Of a stretch of DNA of 64,000 nt, positions 61,217 to 64,000 are shown piece after piece (position 1 is the stretch's first letter; the number at the start of each line of letters is the position of its first letter). The position numbers and the translations under genes were made by a program. Below the pieces are notes generated by a model that saw only the letters and a program-made list of their open reading frames with translations, made no database searches and was not told where the DNA came from. This stretch comes from Somniosus microcephalus. Lineage: Eukaryota. The stretch lies in NCBI GenBank assembly GCA_052327205.1, contig CM126203.1, positions 272,118,001 to 272,182,000 of the forward strand, read 5' to 3'.

Positions 61217-63665
61217 GTTCTTTGACTACCTTTGACGGAGGCTCTTTAATAGTCAGCCTCGCCTTAGATTTTGATTTCCCTGCAATAAACTGCAGCAAGC
61301 CGGTCATCTTAGAAATTGTTTTTTTCAGAGTGAGACGATGAATAGTGCCACAATGCTCAATGTCCACATCTTCAGAAGCATGAAGAATTTCACCATTTAG
61401 TATCCATTTTGGAGGCTTCACGTCAGCAACTGAAAGCTCACACTCAAGAATGGCGTCACTTGGCTCTGTCACTTCCACATCACATATGGGTTTAATGATG
61501 GCAATTGATTGCTCTTCTACATATAACTTTGCTGTGCTTTGGTCATCTATGGCGTCGCACATGTAGTTGCCTTCATCTTCAAAAGCGACATTATTAATAA
61601 CGAGCTTCCTGTACACATCTTCACTCACAATCTCATATTTATTACTGGGATGAATCTCTTTGTCTTTGTAATACCACTTGACAGCATTTGGCCTGGAAAC
61701 CTTGCATTCGAAAATGACACGATGTTTTTCCATGCCAATCTTCTCTCTTAAGGGTTTCACAATTTTAACTGGCAATTCTTTAATTCGAAGCAAAGCTCTG
61801 GAAGTAGCGCTTTCAGCAACAAACTTGATCTCTGCAGCATCTTCAGTCTTTGCCTCTGCCACCAATTCCCTGAGTGGCTTATTACTACTGACACTGCTCA
61901 CAAAAGTGTGCTCTTTCTTCTTAGCTTTCAACTGATCGATGAATTTGACATATTCCCTTTCTTGCTCAGCTTTGATTCGTTTGGCCTCATCGCGCAGACG
62001 GTTTGTGTGTTCCTGTTCCATTTTCTCAATCAGCTGCTTCTGTTGTCTTTCCAGATTCTCCCACTCTGTGTCAAAGAACTTTTTCTTTGCATTCATCTCT
62101 TGCTCAAAACGGCGAATCATTTGTTCTAATTGCTGTTGTAGTTTGAAATTGAGTTGAATTCGAGCCCGGTGTTCCTCAGAAATGTGCATGTCTGTAGACT
62201 GGACAGACTCAGAATTCTCTGTCAAACTATGTTGTTGCTGTTCAGTGGAATTCTGTTCTGATACTTTGTTCTCTCCTGAAGCATTTATACACTCCTTCGT
62301 TTTTCCATCATTAGTCTGCAAGTCCATTTTAGACTTGTCTTTTGCACATGGGCTGGTCTTACCATCATCAGTTCCAGGGTCTGAGCTGATTGTCTTCACC
62401 GAGTTCTCACTCTCTGCTTTGTCACTGTCACTGCTGCATATGCCCTCATCCAATATTCTGGACAATCGTGCAGGTTTGACATCTTTTCTTTTTCCGGAAT
62501 CGCCCGTTATTGCTTTTAGGGGGTGCCAGTCCATATTTATTTTCCTGATCCACTCCCGTCCCAGAAGTGGTGGACCTCCCTCAGGTAGTACATATATGTC
62601 CATTCCTTGGTGTTCTTTGCCCTTATGTACCACCTTGACTTTTATCCTTCCGATGGGGTATACTCTTTGCCCCGTGTATATCTTTAATACTATCTCCGTA
62701 TCCCGTAGGGGAATATGTGTGAATAACCTTTTGTAATCTTGCTTATTCATGACCGTCAACGCCGATCCGGTGTCCAATTCCATCTTCACTTGGACTCCTG
62801 CTATCTGCAGGGTGACCCAGATAGTTTGTCGGTCAGCTTCCTTACTCACATTGTGAATTCTCAGACTACCCAGTTCCTTGCTGTTGGAGTCTGAATCCGA
62901 ATTCTGTTCATCCGAACTCTTCTCAGCCACCTTGTGTACCTTGCTGCACTTTTCCTGTGGTGACTTTTTGTTGCTGGTCTTCTTTCCTGACCGGCATACT
63001 TTAGCTATGTGACCAAGCTTGCCACATTTTCTACATTCCTGGTTTTTAAACCAGCATTGGTTCTGATCGTGTGTTGTCTTCCCACAACGATAACATTTCG
63101 TTGTACCCAAAGCCATTTGATCTACGCTGAGTACCGCTGCCTTCAGCTGCATTTCCGCAGTGCCTCTCGCTGCGGCTTTGTGCGATGCTGCAATAGAGAC
63201 AGCCTTATCAAGTGTAAGATCATTCTCTTCAAGTAGCCGCTTTTGTGTTCCTTCTTTCGACAATCCGCACACGAATTTGTCTCTCAGTGCCTCTGTCAGT
63301 CCTTCCCCAAACTGACAGTATTTCGCTAGCTTACGCAGTTCAATTAAGTACTCCGCGTTGCTTTCCTCTTTCAGTTGCGTTCTCGCATAAAATTTAAATC
63401 GTTCCGCTAACATCAGCGGTGTGGGGTTCAACTGATCCTTCAGGACAGCAACAATATTAGCGAAAGTCTGATCCGCCGGTTTAGCTGGTGATAGAAGATG
63501 CTTCAATAGCCCGTATGTCTTCGCACCCATTGAGTTTAGTAAGGTTAATGCTTTATCTTCATTTGATATTTTATTTGCCTTACAATATATCTCTATGCGT
63601 TCTACATACGTGGCCCAATCTTCAACATCGGGATCGAAATCGTTGATGTTACCACGCTTAGGCAT
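61217..63665 (-). CDS. Chimeric ORF, part 1: Gag-protease fused to STK10-like linker and coiled coil and titin-like Ig domains
   Basis: ATG at 63665 (MPKRGNI, compare sister MPKSGSI); two CCHC knuckles; ELDTGSA; then EEHRAR...AKKKFFDTE...[25 protein letters not shown] and I-set Ig repeats; cut by the CR1 at 61216. Confidence 0.88.
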
Positions 63666-64000
63666 CCTCGCGATCTTCTTGAGAAACAAAAGAATTTTTT
63701 TTTTTTCTTTTACAAAATGGCGGTTTCCCGCGCTTGTCTTCTTCCCCCGCCTCCGAAAATGGCGGCTTCCCGCGTTTGCCTTTCTCCCCCACTGACTGTA
63801 ATGGCGATTGCCGTATTGCTGCGTTCGCCCTCCCCCAGCGGTTTTCAAATCGCGCCTCCCAGCCCCTCTTGCAGTCCGGTCCTTTCCCCCCGGCTGCAGC
63901 GGAGTTCTCCGCGTTTTTTTTAAAATTTTCTCCCGCGCCTTACGCTGACCCGGTCGCTGCGCCTCGCGGCCTCGGTAGCTGCCCGGCCTTTTTCACCGGT

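Larger units (their letters stand above)
56893..64000 (-). mobile_element. Non-autonomous Gypsy LTR element carrying captured host cDNA (STK10-like and titin-like) in place of RT/RH/IN; 5' LTR lies outside the window
   Basis: Gag and protease closely parallel the 38242-43447 element; PPT AAAAAGGGAGGA and 3' LTR present; terminal RRYPDRVRR matches the sister integrase tail KRYPERIRK. Confidence 0.92.

Noticed and set aside
57231-61847. A genuine titin or obscurin gene nested antisense in the intron
   Set aside because: The Ig repeats lack splice sites and introns, start and end mid-domain, and sit between Gypsy gag-PR and a PPT plus LTR, so they are captured cargo.
61206-63848. The 880-aa ORF as a complete protein with the track's start and stop
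   Set aside because: The final RRS and stop come from the CR1 insertion, and the first 61 residues precede the ATG homologous to the sister gag start.

Overview
Vertebrate genomic DNA, most likely a shark or other elasmobranch (inferred from the HE1-type V-SINE and the CR1, Penelope and Harbinger repertoire). The + strand carries five internal coding exons of a CSPG4/NG2-family proteoglycan gene (CSPG4B-like): 189-352, 438-3989, 12418-12891, 13159-13335 and 25180-25378. The rest is intron filled with transposons: many CR1 LINEs (one with an intact ORF2), Penelope-like elements with minimal hammerhead ribozymes, SINEs, two PIF/Harbinger elements plus MITEs, a full-length but mutated Gypsy element with both LTRs and a 5-bp TSD, and a ~2.2-kb 20-bp minisatellite next to an assembly gap. 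The main finding is a second, related Gypsy element (56893 to beyond 64000, minus strand) whose RT, RNase H and integrase are replaced in frame by intronless host cDNA. The cargo is STK10/SLK-like sequence in circularly permuted order with an apparent back-splice junction and 11-nt terminal redundancy, as expected for one copied turn of a circular RNA, with titin-like Ig domains nested inside it. Removing a young CR1 insertion restores a single stop-free Gag-protease-STK10-titin-STK10 ORF of 1021 codons. Host-gene assignments and exon boundaries come from my recollection of the protein families and need confirming by search.
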